From Haliotis cracherodii (Eukaryota): 64,000 nucleotides of DNA. The notes under the pieces are model-generated. The model saw only the letters and a list, made by a program, of their open reading frames with translations, searched no databases and was not told where the DNA came from. The position numbers and the translations under genes were made by a program. This document shows positions 1-12,436 of this stretch, piece after piece (positions within the stretch are counted from its first letter, which is position 1; each line of letters opens with the position of its first letter). The stretch covers positions 310,001 to 374,000 of the forward strand of contig NW_027266300.1 in NCBI RefSeq assembly GCF_022045235.1, in the 5' to 3' direction.

Positions 1-1847
1 GCTCAGGTCTTAAGTTTGATTAATTATGTGATGACGATCTAATGATCGTCATATTATCAAGATGACCTATATTGAGGAAATAATTTATTCGTATTCCTTG
101 GTTTTGGTACGGAATGCGTAGCATGCTTGTCCTATGAAGTTGTTTTTCTCATCTTCATCAGTGCCACAGTCTAGTGAGAATTTGTCTGAATCTCTGTGTT
201 GTAATTAGTGAGCTCTGACAATACTAAACGAAGCTCTTCCTCAGATATCTTACCATTAGCTTGTGCTGTTGAGATATGATCCTCAATGCTATTTAATTTT
301 ACTTCAGTCAGCACACAAATACTATCATGTTTTAAGGCTTGCTTTTGCATCCAGGGGGAAATATATTAAGAGCTGTTCCTGCCACTCCAGAGACTCTGGC
401 TGCTACTTCCCTTCCAAGTACGACACGCACAGCGATAACAGCTGATTAAAAGCCAACACCGTCTTCACCAAGACCCTACTAGTTACTAAAAGTACAGTGT
501 CCTTTCCATGAAGAGCAGTCACAGCTCTATGATACTTTATATACAACTCAATTCTCCAGTTGCTCTTTAATTCCACTTATTTGTTGTAATTGAAATTCAT
601 TTACAGTATCCATCTTTTCAAACACTTCATGGAGTGCAGGATATAAATTCATTATGTATAATATATAAGAGTGTTCAACTGTTCCAATGGCAATTTCTTG
701 AGACTATGCATCATAGGCAGTTTGGCGGGGTATAGGTTTTAACATGGAGTCTATAAGTTTCATGTATTCCCTCTGTTAAGTTAAGTTGCTCATATCTATT
801 TAAGTATTCACAGTGCTGCCAATACAAATTATAACAGCGGCTGGGGTATCATTACCATGGCCAGCAGCACAGAGTCAAGTGGTTGTAATTGTGGATGAGG
901 TGCGGGATACTGCATGCTGACAATTAATGTAACGTAAAACTATACATGGCAGTCTGTGAGTCGAGACTTGACCCTTGGACAGTGGCTAGGCTGGTGGACC
1001 CTCTAGCTTACGTCTCCGAGAGGCTTACTACATGGATATGATGTAGCAGGATACTATCAGAGAATAAACATTGTTGGCCCTCAGACAGACTTGTGTTGCA
1101 GAAATACCCGGTAGAACACGAACTTCTTACTGAGATATATGCATTAAGCTTATTATTATATTATAAGGCATAAATATTTTAGTGAGTCAAATGATCCCTG
1201 CATAAAAAACAAACGTATATGGTAACTCTTGATGATTTCAAATACTGCTACAAATATGTCACTCTTGTTTTTTTTTGTCTCAGTTAAGCCTTAGACCCAG
1301 TCATAACTCGAGATAATCTTCTGGTGGATCCCCAAGCAAGACTTCGATAAAAAGTGTAGAGCCTCCAGCTAAAGATCAAACTTAAGCCAATATTTTTAAT
1401 GTTGGGCGGCTCATCAACATATGGTTTCTTTGGCATTGGAGCAATGAAAACACTTTTTCTGTTGGGATATAAGCCTCCCACTGTTCATTATTTTATCTCA
1501 ATCATGTGTCTTACCCTTTGGCATTACATGTAGTTGACTAACGGTGATATTTAGTAGCCAGTCGATGTTTGCTTCAAGCATAATCCGTTGATAACATCAT
1601 TGAGGGCAAGATTGTACAAGGTGTTATAACTGGGAGTTCAAACCTCAAGATCTTGTAAATCTCCTATATAACTTGCCACACTAGCGGCAGTAAATATAAC
1701 CTCTTCCACTTGTTTATACCATCTTGCAAGTGTAAAGCATATAACATGTCTTGAATTACAGGTCTATGAAATCCTTCAGTGTCTCCAAGATCAGAAAGTG
1801 CAATTGTATTACATTGTTTAAGGTGATGCATTCCAGGACCTGCAGAA

Positions 1848-2330
1848 TCAACCATTATTAATAATATGAAGTGACACGCTCAAATATCCTATATGGACAG
1901 GTTGATGTTTTATATCTAAAACAGAAACTTTGAGTTCTGTATTAATGCCTTTCCTTAACTTCTTATACTGCAAAGATAAGAAAGATTCTGTTCTATCACT
2001 GTTGTATTTTTCATCTTTGACTGGAATAGCCCTCAGCAGAGTTGGAAGACTTTCATGTTGGATATTATCTGTTGTACTGATCTGGTCAAAGGGATGCACA
2101 AGTCTGGAGAGGGAACTAAATTGGTTAGTCTTTCCCCACTCTTACTTGTGCTTGGTCCAACTTCTTTTCCTGCAAATCCAAGTATATTTGCAAATTCACC
2201 AGCAAGTTTTATACTATTTTGTATTGATATTTTGCATTTTGTGTGATACTAGCACCATAAGGCTTACACATTTCAGTATTGAGTATTAACTTCAGTTGAA
2301 GCAGCAGTGTCTGTTAGGTCATCAAGTTTA
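1848..2330 (-). pseudogene. Polinton minor capsid (penton-like) protein remnant
   Basis: Frameshifted translation ...FANILGFAG...DQISTTDN...LLRAIPV...QYKKLRKGINTELKVSVLD resembles Polinton/adintovirus minor capsid proteins. It lies divergent to the major capsid remnant. Recognised by eye only. Confidence 0.55.
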
Positions 2331-2376
2331 AAATCCGTTTTATATTAGATATTAAAAATATGTGTTTAACACAATC

Positions 2377-3450
2377 ATGTCTTTGCAATACAGACGCAAG
2401 TTAAATCCACAACGCAGACTGCACAGCCCATCAGGTGCCAAAGCTATTCACCAGTCTGTAACTATACTTAATAATCCGAGTACCATTGATCAGAATCAGA
2501 CACTTCTGGTTCGCTTTCCAAATATCGGTACTCATTATGTGATGCTTCCAGGAACTGCGCAACTAGCTTTAAGTTTGATGTATACTGATGATAGCAGGGA
2601 GCTTGTTCAATACATAGGTCGAGCAACTGTAAAGAAAACCCCGATTAAAATGAGTGGTTATGAGGTCTTGAGTATTGATGACAGTGATGTATACTACTGT
2701 TATATGGATCTCTGGAGAACGGCAGGAAAACGGAAAAACTTCCATTACCAAGGTATAGATACAAGCAATCACCGGAAATTCAACGAGACTCCGTGTAGGT
2801 TCCTCTATTGGCCCTGATCATCTTTGAGTTGAGGTGAAATGGGGTTTAAGGTCGCGTCCAAGATTATTGCACTTATATAGCGACGCGCATGTACGTGTGT
2901 GTGTGTGTTTGTGTGGCTGCTTGTACTAGTCCGGACTGATGCAGATTTATAGTGCTAGCTCACTGAGATACCATGCGGCAATTTAACATGAATACCCCAC
3001 TCAGACACAGTATACTGACTCCGAGCCGACCAGTCCTTGTTTTAGCCCCTTAATGCCGAGCGCCAGACAGGGTAACAACAAGTACCATCTTTTAACGTCT
3101 TTTGGTATGACGCGGTTGGGGATCGAACCCCGGACCTTCCGCTGATCGTTTTTGAGAAGACGAGGCTATACATGATGCATCAGGTAACCGATTCTATATT
3201 CCACTTGAATTTGAATAAGTAGAGAGGCACATGCCCTTCTACAAAGCATCACTAGGTGATATGTTAGAATATGAACTTACTTTTAATGACTACCACAGAG
3301 TAATCAAAACCACCGGTGAAGAAGCTAGCTTTACATTAACAATATCTCACTGGAGTGTGAGGCTGGTAAATAAAACTTATATTTGTATGTGATTATGGAT
3401 GTTCAACTTAATAAACAAAATGGATGGAACATTCTATTAATATTCTTTTA
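2377..3450 (+). pseudogene. Polinton/adintovirus-like major capsid protein remnant (SINE-interrupted, internally deleted)
   Basis: RKLNPQRRL...NNPSTIDQNQTLLVRFPN...IGRATVKK...SIDDSDVYYCYMDLWRT. After the SINE it continues RFYIPLEFE*...LEYELTFNDY...NISLE, then the C-terminal LYVIMDVQLN. Confidence 0.65.
2820..3141 (-). mobile_element. 5'-truncated tRNA-derived SINE in the capsid gene
   Basis: B-box GGTTCGATCCC on the minus strand near 3120-3130. Similar to the 48876-49127 copy. Flanked by CTGATC (2814-2819 and 3142-3147), a possible TSD. Confidence 0.8.
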
Positions 3451-3990
3451 CTATAGGATCCTCACTGCACTATCATATGTGGGCAAATTGGTTTTGGTAA
3501 AACAGCTTATATTCTCGAAATTTTATGAGGCCATTTTTACAATTTTTTGTGCGTGTCATTATTCAAAGTCCAACCATAAACGTTCATAAAACATACCCAT
3601 GAAGAAAATGGAGAATGGAGGTTCCCTAGGTGTACAAAATTGACCCAGGTGAACATCTCCAAGAATAACGGGAGAACCAACCCATTTTATTATAGACGAC
3701 TTCAATGCGAGAACAAAACTTTCAAAAAAAAGAAGATATACTTTCTCAGGTTAACCTATGAAACATAGTGTTTGGGTACTTTCTCAAAAATGCAATTCAG
3801 CCCTGAAAGATCTCAGAGAGCAGACGCGTTGGATTGTCCTGTTTCATTGCAAGGATCAAGATTCATTTGAGGAACGTCTACGTGAAAATGATGTTATTCC
3901 TACTAAGAGCGAGCGACAACAATTTCGAAAACTGTTAGCGGAAACCAGGCACTCTAAACTCATATGAAAAACTGACCAACCACCTGCTTA
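3424..3990 (+). pseudogene. A32/FtsK-like DNA packaging ATPase remnant
   Basis: Walker A ICGQIGFGKT (G at 3481), Walker B FIIDD (about 3688-3700), then KHSVWVLSQK...LREQTRWIVLF...LRENDVIP. Contains stops and frameshifts. Confidence 0.8.
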
Positions 3991-4649
3991 TGCAATTGCT
4001 TAGCAACTGCTTAGCAAAATATAACAACTGCTTAGCCAATTGAACACCTACAACCATTTGCTTATACAATAATGTTGTGGCAAATACTCATTCCTTTTCA
4101 ACAGGTTATTATGTCTGGTTGTATTGTTAATTTCATTTTAAAAAAATATTAAATATAAGCTATTGTATTACGCTAAGAAGATGGAATGCAATCAACTTCT
4201 AAAACAACTGCTCCTAGACATAAGTACCCACCTAATAGTACTGGAAGCGGAAACACTGACACAACAAGTTGTGTAAATACCAACACTGGTGGAAAGAATG
4301 ACTGAGACCCTAAGAAAGTAGCAATGGTTAAAGAAGTGGTTACGGATAAAAAGGCAAAACTACTACAACACAGTTCATACACTGAGTGGATTACAACTTG
4401 GGCTCTATATGCACTCGCTACGGTTGTAGAATGGTAGAATGTTGGTATCCTTCAGCAGTTGCCAGCAGTTTAGCTATCGACTATGCTCGAATAGGTAAGA
4501 TGACTACTAAAGCTAGAACTGGAATACATGTCATGGCAATAAGGAAAGGACATATTAGCTATCCATACTCTGTGTGTGGAAGTGGGGTCAAAGGTCAGTT
4601 TTGTTTAATTAAATAAATCGATCTAAACCCTTTCCACGTCCAATAGAAA

Positions 4650-5200
4650 TCTCTGCATAAAGCAGAGTCGATTGTACAGTTCCTATATCTATATCATGAG
4701 CATGTGTTTATGAATCACTTTCGAATTGTAATGATACCAGGTGTTCGCGAAAAGGTGAGCGTATCCTGCCCCACCTGTGGCACCCATAACAAACACACGC
4801 AAAGGCAATTCAATTGTTCACCTGACAAACACATGGGAACATATGGTACAAGTCAAAATAGGGAATTGCATCGGACACAATTTTTGTCACTGATGCGTCA
4901 AATGTCCTCCACATGTCTACCATAAAACATTTTGAAAGCTTTTCTGGGGCCTTGAATGTTGTAACATTGATCAAACAACTTCTGAGCAAGAGGGGTATGA
5001 CGCTCTTTGAAATCTTGTTAGAAAGAGCATGCTCGATTTTATCTCAAAAGTTGTCAAATGTAAACACCAAAGGCTGGAGCTACTAGAATATTGCTCGACA
5101 TGAAGGGAAAGTTGACTATTGGAAAGTTGAAGTCATCCCTCTTGCCGTACAGTCTTGTGGTGAGTGTTTTGTCACTCTGAATCTTTAGGCATAAAATATC
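4650..5200 (-). mobile_element. Penelope-like retroelement 3' fragment
   Basis: Minus-strand translation TRLYGKR/DDFNFPIVNFPFMSSNILVAPAFGVYI*QLLR...KAFKMFYGRH matches the C-terminal RT region of Penelope-like elements. Boundaries are approximate. Confidence 0.7.
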
Positions 5201-6982
5201 CCCTTTAAGCAAGGCCCATGGGTCTGACAAAAAACGGCTCCAGATTAATTACGATAGTAAGAGGGAGTACGTCAATGAGAGAAATAGTCTGTGTGGAATC
5301 AATATTTTTTATTACATTGAAAATAAACCAGACAGTTCACATGTAATTATACTGTACCATGACTTCTGTCAGAGAGCTGAAAGCCTTGGCAAAACACTGG
5401 GATGACTTGAGAGGTTATTCACGAATGAGAAAAGCTGACCTTACTTGGTCTGAACTACAACAAACCCCCGACTGTCAGAAAACTCAAAGCCCAGGCAAGT
5501 AGTCGTGGGCTGAGAGGTTATATTCTTAAGAGAGAAAAGCTGAATTGATTGATTTACTGAATGACAACAAAAAACCAAATGATGAACCAGTCGAGTTAAG
5601 ATTTGTACCCACAAACCATACTGGTGGTAGATATCTAGGAGGTTGGAAGATGGATATTAATTCCAACACGGATGTTGATGAAGTTAAACCCATCATTTCA
5701 AGGAAAATTAACGAGGAGGTAGATGATTTGAAAAGTATAAAATATCAGCTAACTGTTATAATGTCTAAAAATAACACCGAAGATAGCGTTGAATATACTG
5801 AACCTTATTTCATGAACAACCATGAAGTAACAACTGAATCGAGTTCAATAAGTTCATCATTAGGTACATCACTTCAACAGAAACAAGAAACTTTGGAGGA
5901 ATGGACTATTGGAGGTTCAGGTGGAGTTGTGGATAGATTTGATACTTTATATTTAGTTATAGCAGATTATATGCCTTGGAAGGTGGATCTTATATAGATT
6001 TACCCCCATATCATAAGAAAAAACATGCCATAATTAAAGTAAAAAATAATGATAATAATTGTTAATATTGGGCATTAGGATCTGCCTTATTTCCTGCAAA
6101 CAAACATTCCGATAGACCTACGAGCTACCCCCCAAAATGATGGACTCAACTTTAAAAGTATAGATGCACCTACAGCAATCTCGCAAATTAATAATGTAGA
6201 AAAGCAAAATAATTTAGGTATAAATGTATTCAGACATTTAAATCTGTTGTACACAAGAGAAGCTCTGCCCTAGAAAATATTCCCAGAATAAATTTATTTC
6301 TGGTTAAAAAAAGATGGTAAATATCATTATATGTGGATAAAGAGTTTAAGTGAGCTGTTATACGGTCAATCAACCCACACAAAAAAAAGAAATATTTCTG
6401 TGAAAGATGTCTGCATGGATACAGCAGGCAAGATCTTTGCATAAAGAAGACTGTAGAAGTGTTGGGCAGACTGCTGTCAGGATCAATATGTCCAAAGAGG
6501 ATAAAAATATAAAAAAAATGATTGTTATTGTAATCAAAAGCCAGTGACATAACATAATAAATGCCGATTTGAAGCACTTATAACAAAAGTTGAAAATACT
6601 GAATACAGTACTGAACGCAGTCACACATACAACGCACAAGAACATAAGGCGCTTCATAGACTGCGTGCTTAACGCAAACAACGGTGGAACCCGCCTATAA
6701 TTGTAAGGTTTGTGTCAAGGGATGATAAAGCATCTGTAAACTTCAAGGCCAAAGAGCAGTTAAAGGGAACTACCGCGTTTGTTTTTACTTATTTTGTTTA
6801 ATTTCAGTCAGTTCGACCTACAGAGAAAAAGACAGGTCACAACAGTGGAGGTGTCGCGGTATGTGTTAGTGATAAACTTTCATCCTATTGTTCACGGATA
6901 CATGACGAATAGGTTGACTGTGTTTTATTGTGTCCAGTGATGTGCTTATTACTGGTAGAAGGCTAATTTTGGACACACACAC

Positions 6983-7117
6983 TCTCGTCACGCCGAAGAC
7001 CCGGGTTCGATTCCCGACATGGGTACAATGTGTGAAGCTCATTTCTGGTGTCCCCCGCCGGGATATTGCTGGAATATTGCTAAAAGCGGCGTAAAACCAT
7101 ATTCACTCACTCACTCA
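6983..7117 (+). mobile_element. tRNA-derived SINE with (ACTC)n tail, inside the LINE
   Basis: B-box GGTTCGATTCC, body ATGGGTACAATGTGTGAAGC, tail CACTCACTCACTCA. Similar copy at 58503-58652. Confidence 0.8.
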
Positions 7118-7430
7118 TTTATATTTTATTGCAAAATGGTATTCACGGCGTTTTGGTATTATCCGGAGCAAGTACAATGATGTTAACGCAACTGTAACAT
7201 TCGATGAGTATGTTGATAGTTCATGTGGGGTAAGACAAGGTTTTACTCTTAGTCCAGTACTGCTTTCTTTGTTTATCAACGAATAAGTTATACTTTTGGT
7301 AAGTAAATTCGATGATGGCGTTTTTTCATCTCAGAGGAAATGTAAAATATTATTGCCATATTGTTTTCTGGCGATTTATAACTTGTTGCAGACAGTGTCT
7401 TAAAATTACAAAAAACGTCTTTATGAATTA

Positions 7431-9001
7431 TACTCCTCACAAAAAGTTAAACAACAAGTATTATTTTCCGTGCAACATTCTCATCAGTGTTGAATGCCAT
7501 CCAATGAGAACAAATTCAGGCAGGAGAATTACCTACGAATACTCGACTTAAAGCCTTCTCCATGTAGAGTTTCCTGATAACACTGATAACATCGCCTGAA
7601 CACAAACACACATGCAAAATGCACGACATGCATGTTTTAAACACTTCACCCATGCACCCTGATTGCTTAAAAACTGCCAGCAAGGGCAATTTGTCCACAT
7701 TAACACTTTAGACATGGCTAGGCGTCACTTAACGCCAACTGAGGTTGCTCAGATTGTTGGAATGGTACAGGGGGGTCTCACCCAAACTGCTGTTGCCAAT
7801 CATTTTAATGTTCACAGCAGTGTCATCTCAAGAGTGATAACTCGATACCATCAAACTGGACCGATGACAGAGAGACCACGCACAGGTCGTCCAAGGGTGA
7901 CAACTCCTCGTGAGGACCGGTATTTAGCCACCCTGGCCCGGAGAAACAGGTTTACTATGGCCAGATCTCTCCAGAATGACCTTCAGAGAGTTGCAGGAAA
8001 CAGAGTCTCAACACAGACAGTGAGACTTCACACTCAGGATCTGAGGTCAAGACGACCAGTACGACGTATCCCACTGCCTGCACACCATCGACAACAGAGA
8101 CTTGCTTGGGCCAATCAACGCCGTAACTGGAGGGTCAATCGCTGGCGTAACGTTCTCTTCACAGACGAGTCAAGATTCTGCCTTGACTTCAACTATGGTA
8201 GGGCACGTGTGTGGAGAAACCGTAATGAACGATACGCCAACTGTACAATTGTTGAACACGACCAGTACGGAGGTGGAAGTTTGATGATCTGGGCTGGCAT
8301 CAGGGTTGGACACAGAACTGATCTTGTGGTCACCAGACGTGGTACCATGACTGTAGTACGGTACAGGGACGAGATTGTCACACCTGTGATCATTCCCCTG
8401 GCACAACAAGCAGGTCCTAACTTCATCTTTATGGATGATAATGCTCGTCCACATCGAGCAAGAGTTGTCACTGATCTTCTTCAGACCAACAACATCACGC
8501 ATATGGACTGGCCTGCAAGATCTCCGGATCGTAATCCCACTGAACATGCATGGGACATTCTTGGAAGGCGTGTTTATGGTCTTCATGTTCGTCCTCAGAA
8601 TCTGGATCAACTTGAACAGGCCTTAAGGAGAGAATGGCAGAACATTCCACAACAGACACTTGATAGGCTAATCTGGTCAATGCCAAGACGTGTAGAAGCT
8701 TGCATCCAAGCCAATGGTGGACATACACGTTACTGAACATTGGATCATTGTTTCAAAATGACTTAAACTCAAATTTAAAGATTTTCATCTTTAAGTGCAG
8801 CACATTTTACACGAGTGTTTTCATGATACTGTTTTTGATCATTTGTTAACCTGTTAGGCATAAACGCTTTTCAGTTCTCTTTGAGGACAATGTGTGTTTG
8901 TGATCTTTCTTTGTATTGCTTTAGTCAGTTTTTAGGTATTGGAATATATGAACATGGACTTAAACATAATATATTTGTTGCTTAACCTTTTGTGAGGAGT
9001 A
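7431..9001 (+). mobile_element. Tc1-family DNA transposon, full length
   Basis: TIRs TACTCCTCACAAAAAGTTAA and TTAACCTTTTGTGAGGAGTA, with TA TSD at 7429-7430 and 9002-9003. Removing the element restores the LINE frame YELYSYCYEW. Confidence 0.95.
7714..8736 (+). CDS. Tc1 DD34E transposase (340 aa, open frame)
   Basis: N-terminal paired-like HTH with GRPR, FTDESRF, MDDNARPH, WPARSPDRNPTEHAW and GGHTRY; 34 residues between the second D and the E. Confidence 0.92.
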   Translation: MARRHLTPTEVAQIVGMVQGGLTQTAVANHFNVHSSVISRVITRYHQTGPMTERPRTGRPRVTTPREDRYLATLARRNRFTMARSLQNDLQRVAGNRVSTQTVRLHTQDLRSRRPVRRIPLPAHHRQQRLAWANQRRNWRVNRWRNVLFTDESRFCLDFNYGRARVWRNRNERYANCTIVEHDQYGGGSLMIWAGIRVGHRTDLVVTRRGTMTVVRYRDEIVTPVIIPLAQQAGPNFIFMDDNARPHRARVVTDLLQTNNITHMDWPARSPDRNPTEHAWDILGRRVYGLHVRPQNLDQLEQALRREWQNIPQQTLDRLIWSMPRRVEACIQANGGHTRY

Positions 9002-11448
9002 TATATTCATACTGTTATGAATGGGGTATGGATATTGATACTGAGAAGGGTAAAATTATTGTTTTTAAAATGGGATTCTAATGGTGAGCGAATGAAAACA
9101 ATTAATGCCTGTAAATATTTGGAACTTATTTTCTCTCCCAGATTAATTTGGAGCTTTATATGAAACTTTACATGAGCATAAGGAAGAGAGCAAACAAGCA
9201 TTTCGGCCAGTTAAACCGTGTATAAGACATTAGGATACCTCGGTTCCGGAAGCCGTTTTTAATATTTGATAAACAAATTGTTCCGATATTCATGTAGGAT
9301 GCTTAGATTTGGGGATGCAAATAATGGGATGGTATTGAAATAATGCTTTACACATTTTTGTACATTTTTACTTCACACGGGCTACAGAACTGCAGATGCA
9401 GTGGCCTATGGTGAATGTGGCAGGTATCCACTTCATACTATTTACCTTACAAATACACTAAATGTTGGATTTTGCAAATGACTCCAAACAGATACCCACA
9501 CCAGTGTTATAAAATGTTATCCATTGCTTATAGAAAACGTCTTAACTGGGCATCGCATATCAGACTTTTGCTAAGTCGTTATGGTTTTGGGGATGTATGG
9601 GCTGCACAAAGCGTTGGCAATACAGAAATATTTGTACATATGTTCAGCGAAAGAGTTAAAGATTGTTCGTACAAGATTGGCATGCATATCTAGGCAGCAA
9701 TGCCCTATCAATCATTAAACTGGATAAATCTTACACTGTTTGCGAAAAATATTGAGCAAATATTAAGCACTGTGTATATAGCAGGTTAATAACCAAATTT
9801 AGATGTGGACAAAATACTCTTGGTATTCAACTTGTCCGTAGGGGTGTTGCTAAATTTGAGGGTGATACCGTCGTCGTATGTTAACACTGTCAGTAATTAA
9901 GGATGAACGCCATGACAGTTACAATTGTCCTCTTTATGCAAATCAGTTAATCATCCTTTTTGTTAAGAAAGACTCTGTCAATTATATAACATTGATACAA
10001 TGATACATTTAGCAAGATTTCTAATGTACGTGTTCTCAACCAAAGAAATGATCAATTACCTAACTCCCAGATAAAAATATATGTGATGTAAATGTATTTT
10101 GTACAATGGGTCAATTGGCCTTTATACAAATAAATATGTCTGTGTATAAGGCTTGTGGGTTTGGATATATGGTTGTAAAGTACGACAGAAAAGCAAATGC
10201 CCCTGTGATTTACATGATGCAGCAGAAACGTTCCTAGAATCACTACCAAATAAACAGATAATAATCAGGGATAATTTATCGCATTCGAAGCCCATGAGTG
10301 TGACAAGGACGGGTAGGGAACCTGTGAGAAGGCAACAAGTTGTCAGCTGGTAATAAACCCATGAATGGGGATACTGTAAGAGATCATTGCCACATCACAG
10401 GTCAAAAACAGAGGAGCCCGGCATTATAAGTGTAACATAAAGCTTAAAATAAATCCCCAAACAAGACCAATGCCCCTTGTATTTCCTCATCTTCGAGGTT
10501 ATGTTTCTCATCTCATCTCCTCATACAAGCTATCTCAGAGACTGATGGAAGTTTAACATGTATTCCTAATAACATGGAAAGACATATATCCTCCTTTTGA
10601 GTCAAACTATACATAATTCAGACAGGGATGCGAAAGCAAGAACAAAACAAGGTAATGAACATAGATTCATAGATAGCATACAGTTTCTGTTATCTTCTCT
10701 GGACAGTTCAGCTAATGCAAACAATCCCGAAGACTTTGCTATAACAAACCAATATGCTGAAAAACTCGTACCAAATTTGATGGATAAGACAAAATATATA
10801 GTCTACTGTAGAAATCTCTAGTTATATCTATCATAGAGCTCTCAAGTTTGATCAAATCCCTTGGATGGAGCGCTATATGAGGCTGAACACAGATAAGAAA
10901 GCAGGCAACTGGTGATTTCGAAAAGAAATTGTATGAGCTCATGAATAACTCAGTATTTGGTAAAACTATGGAGAATCTAAGGAAACGTGTTGATGTTAAA
11001 TTTGCCAGATCTCACGAGGAAGAACGATTTAGTAAACTAATGACTAGTCCAGCTATTAACAGAAGTAAGATATTTGATGATGACTTAGCAGCATTACATA
11101 CGAGGAAGAGTAATACAAACTGCAACAGACGAGTAAACGTTGGTATGAGTAATCTTGAATTGTCAAAACAATTAATGTATGACTTGTATTACAATGAACT
11201 CAAAAAGCAATATGATGATAGGTGTGAGGTGTTATATACCGATACAGAGTCTTTGTTAATGGAAATACAAACTGATGATGTGTATAGAAGTATGACAGAA
11301 AAAATGAATACATAATATCCAAGTTACTACCCAAATGATAATCCATTGCTCAGCACAGTCAATATAAAGGTATTATGTAAGATGAAGGGCGAATGTGCTA
11401 GAACTCATATTGCTGAGAATGTTGGATTAAGACCGAAGATGTATTCTA

Positions 11449-12183
11449 TACTCACACGCAAAAGAAACGCAAGTGGTTTTAAGCAAATAGGTAACAAACA
11501 CGGAACCATAAATTGATACGAGTTTTAACATGCAGTGAAACCTGAAGGTGTTATCAATATTTTTGGTTGTATTTTGGAAGCCCCTGAGTAAAGACGCAAC
11601 ATAAAAAACGAATCGCCAAAACGCACCATTTCAATGTATATGTGGGTATCATGCGCCCATTTCTCGCGAAATCGATAATGCACGAACTGTCACGAACTAT
11701 AGTGGGTATAAAACTGTAGCCGATTCTTGGGCCTACCACTCCTTGGTCAACAATGCCACGCCTAACTCAAATTCAGAGAAACCAGGCTATCGGACGTTTG
11801 GAAGCTGGAGAGTCCAACCAAGATGTTGCCCGTCATTTCAACGTTAACATAACCACAATTTACCGTCTCCTGCATCGATACAATGCTACACAGACCACAG
11901 ATGAGCTTCCTCGGAGCGGTCGGCCTAGGGTCAACATACCTCAACAAGATCGGCAGATTACCCGTCAACACCAGCGACATCCGTTTCTAACTGCAAGTGA
12001 AAGTGCTCGACAGACCATAGGAACACATAATCGACACATTAGCGGGGACACTATGATCCGATGTCTCCATTCCAACAACCTCAGATGTAGCCGACCAGCA
12101 CGCCGTCCTGTTCTACACGGCACGACTTCAGTGGGCACAGGGTCATCGCAATTGGCGTCATCGTGAGTGGAGGCGTGTGAGTA
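11449..12183 (+). mobile_element. Internally deleted Tc1-like element in pPolB
   Basis: Ends TACTCACACGC and GCGTGTGAGTA with TA TSD (11447-11448, 12184-12185). The N-terminal transposase ORF starts at 11753 (MPRLTQIQRNQAIGRL...SGRPRV) and has no DDE domain. Confidence 0.9.
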
Positions 12184-12436
12184 TATAAAGAAGTCTGATA
12201 ATGAGTAGATAAGAAACGCTAAAGGTGTTAAGAAGTATGTGGTTACAAGACATGTAAAACAAGAATACTATAAAGAGGCATTATTCAATGGTAGAACATT
12301 CAAACATGAGTGGAATACTTTAAGAAGTGTCAATCACAGGATATATAGATTCAGAATGAACAAGACATCATTATCCCCCTTTGATACAAAGACATGGATT
12401 GACAATGACGGTGTCACTACCTATGCTTATGGTTAC

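Larger units (their letters stand above)
6651..10145 (+). mobile_element. Degraded non-LTR retrotransposon (RTE-X-like LINE) inserted in pPolB
   Basis: EN fragment GHNSGGVAVCV (about 6835), RT motifs GVRQGFTLSPVLLSLFINE (about 7227) and YCYEWGMDIDTEK, and C-terminal WASHIRLLLSRYGFGDVW. 7-bp TSD ATAAGGC at 6644-6650 and 10146-10152. Clade assignment is tentative. Confidence 0.8.
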
